Below are positions 61,731 to 64,000 of a stretch of DNA of 64,000 nucleotides, piece by piece. Source of the stretch: Takakia lepidozioides (lineage: Eukaryota > Plantae > Bryophyta); assembly GCA_030704615.1 (NCBI GenBank), contig CM060733.1, positions 15,562,001 through 15,626,000 on the forward strand. Reading direction: 5' to 3'. The notes under the pieces were generated by a model. It saw only the letters and a program-made list of their open reading frames with translations, ran no database searches and was not told the DNA's origin. Each line of letters begins with the position of its first letter. The first letter of the stretch is position 1. The position numbers were made by a program, and so were the translations under genes.

Positions 61731-63540
61731 TAAGGTAGTTCAAGATGCAAGATTGTACAAGCTGTTGGGGCTGTCCAGGCATTACATGTGGATTGTAATG
61801 CTACACTCAAGCAGAGTGACCTCGAACATCAGAGACTTGGACATGTCTCAATCCAAAGTTTGGCATGCATGTCAGCTAACAATCTGGTTGAAGCATGGAT
61901 CTTAAAGGAGATCAGGTTTTGAGCGTTTGTGACGGATGTGTGTATGGTAAACACCATCGCAACTCATTTCCAAAGGATGGAGGTTCTCGAACAAAGAAGG
62001 TTCTTGAACCGGTGCATACTGATCTATGCGGTCATATGTCGTCTGAATCTCATGAAGGTGCAAAGTATTTTTTGACCTTCACTGATGAGTTTTCATAGAA
62101 AAAATTTCTTTACATGATGTAGAATAAGTTTGGAGTTCTCGATAGATTCAAAACATTCAAAGCTTTGGTGGAGAATCAAACTGGAGAAATGATCAAAATA
62201 CTTCGGTGTGATGGCGGTGGTGAGTACATCTCAAGGAATTTTAATCAATTCTATAAGGAGAATGGTATTGTGAAACAATCAATCACACCATATACGCTAA
62301 AGAAGAATGGAGTTGCATAGAGGACGCTTGTTGAAAGTGTGAAGAGTATGTTGCAACACATGAGGTTGGACCACGTTTCTGGGTAGAAGTAGTGGCGACT
62401 GCAACATATCTCTGTAATCGACTTCATACTAAGGCAATCTCTACAAAGACACCTAAAGAGGTTTGGAAGGGTGAGAAACCTTCAGGTGATCATTTGCGCG
62501 TCTTTGGGTATGTTGCATTTGCCCTCACAAAAAAAAGTATGCCCTCACATATTCCAAAAGAAGTAAGGAAGAAATTGGATGCAAAAAGCATCAAGTGTAT
62601 CTTCATTGGTTATTGTGAAGAAACCAAAGGGTATAAGTTGTATAACCCTGAGAGCAAGTATGTGATCATCAGTTGTGATGTGATATTCAATGAGTCTAGG
62701 AACTTTAATCAAAAAACAGTAGTTCCAAGTTTGGACCATGAAAAAAAGAACTTGGCTCTAACACATGAAGATAAAATGGAAGTGAAGATTGTTGAAGAGA
62801 TAGTTGAGGTTCAAATGGAGGAGGCACAATCTATAATGATTGAAAAATCCTCAAAGGTTTCTTCTGCCTATTTCATTGACAGTGATGAACCTCAAAGTGT
62901 GTCAGATGCAATGAGGAGTGGGACTCTTCACACTAGAAGGAAGCTATGGCATCTGAGTTTAAGTCTCTTCAGGATAATAAGACTTGGAGTCTTGTTCAAC
63001 TTCCATCTGGACGGCAATCTGTTGGCTGCAAATGGATTTTCAAGATTAAGTACAATGCAGATGGTTCTGTAGCAAGGTACAAAGCGCGCTTGGTTGCAAA
63101 GGGGTTTTCGCAAATTGAAGGTATTGATTACAATGAAACCTTCTCCCCTGTTGTACGGATGAAGTCAATTCAAGTGATTCTAGCGTTTGCTGCTGTTGAA
63201 AATCTTGAGGTACATCAGATGGATGTATGTAGAGCCTTTCTCAATGGAGATCTTATGGAAGAAATATACATGGACCAGCCGGAGGGATTTGCTGTTAAAA
63301 GGAAGGAGATGATGGTTTGTAAGCTCCTAAAGTCCTTGTATGGTTTGAAGCAATCCCCTAGGGCATGGAATGCTAAGATTGATGCATATTTCATGGCTGA
63401 AGAGTTTGAGAAGAGCTATGCTGATTATAGTGTTTACTATAAGAGGGCTCATGGAAACTCTTCTGTGATCATAATATTGTATGTTGATGATTTGATCTTG
63501 GTCTCTAATGACTTGACTTTGTTGAAACACATACGGAGTG
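61731..63540 (+). mobile_element. Ty1/Copia retrotransposon, 3' part (integrase, RT), pseudogenised and truncated
   Basis: HQRLGH, CDGCVYGKHHR, VHTDLCG, LRCDGGGEY, KLDAKSIKCIFIGY, RYKARLVAKGFSQ, HQMDV, KSLYGLKQSPRAW, YVDDLIL. Confidence 0.93.
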
Positions 63541-64000
63541 TCAATATCTCAAATGAGATTGAGATAGTGGTTGTGTGATCATAACAAATTGACTTTGTTG
63601 AAACAAAGACAAAGTGATATCTCAAAGAGGTTTGAGATGGTGGATCTGAAAGAGATCCTGTGATCACGTGTTAATGATCAGTCTTTGTTGAAAAGACAAA
63701 GTGATATCTCAAAGAGGTTTGAGATGGTGGATCTGAAAGAGATCTTGTGATCATGTGTTAATGATCAGTCTTTGTTGAAAAGACAAAGTGATATCTCAAA
63801 GAGGTTTGAGATGGTGGATCTGAAAGAGATCCTATGATCATGTATTAATGATCAATCTTTGTTGAAAAGACAAAGTGATATCTCAAAGAGGTTTGAGATG
63901 GTGGATCTGAAAGGGATCCTGTGATCATGTGTTGATCAGGCTCTGTTGAAAAAGACAAAGCGATATCTCAATGAAGTTTTGAGATGGTGGATCTAAAAGA
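63513..64000 (+). repeat. Tandem array, ~87-bp unit, about 5 copies plus a degenerate leading copy, running off the window
   Basis: ctttgttgaaaagacaaagtgatatctcaaagaggtttgagatggtggatctgaaagagatcctgtgatc... starts at 63593, 63683, 63770, 63857 and 63941. Confidence 0.95.

Noticed and set aside
63593-64000. CRISPR-like appearance (repeats with internal hairpin)
   Set aside because: Units are contiguous with no unique spacers, there are no cas genes, the context is eukaryotic, and the unit derives from Copia RT.

Overview
Eukaryotic nuclear DNA from a land plant. The spliced genes, tRNA sequence and TE families suggest a non-flowering lineage such as a hornwort/bryophyte or lycophyte; this is inference only. 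Left 48 kb: intron-containing genes (PIMT on minus; BAP31-like, class V/GH18 chitinase and VPS33 on plus), a tRNA-Val(CAC) plus a decayed tandem copy, a frameshifted F-box gene, two copies of an HNH-nuclease-like gene remnant inside a dispersed segmental duplication, many 5'-truncated copies of one LINE family that inserts into (TC)n tracts, and several hAT-type MITEs. Right 15 kb: a dead Ty1/Copia element split by a young 11.7 kb Ty3/Gypsy-type retrotransposon (49984-61730), the most unusual object in the window. Its pol encodes a complete, non-permuted Dnmt3-like cytosine-5 methyltransferase between protease and RT, and a PHD finger after the DDE integrase. Its terminal repeats are not two ordinary LTRs but split direct repeats, A1-[body]-B1-A2-B2, with a perfect palindrome GACAGCTGTC at the B1/A2 junction and no tRNA primer-binding site. 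That layout is normally associated with tyrosine-recombinase retroelements, not with DDE-integrase elements. The window ends in an ~87 bp tandem array derived from the Copia RT coding sequence.
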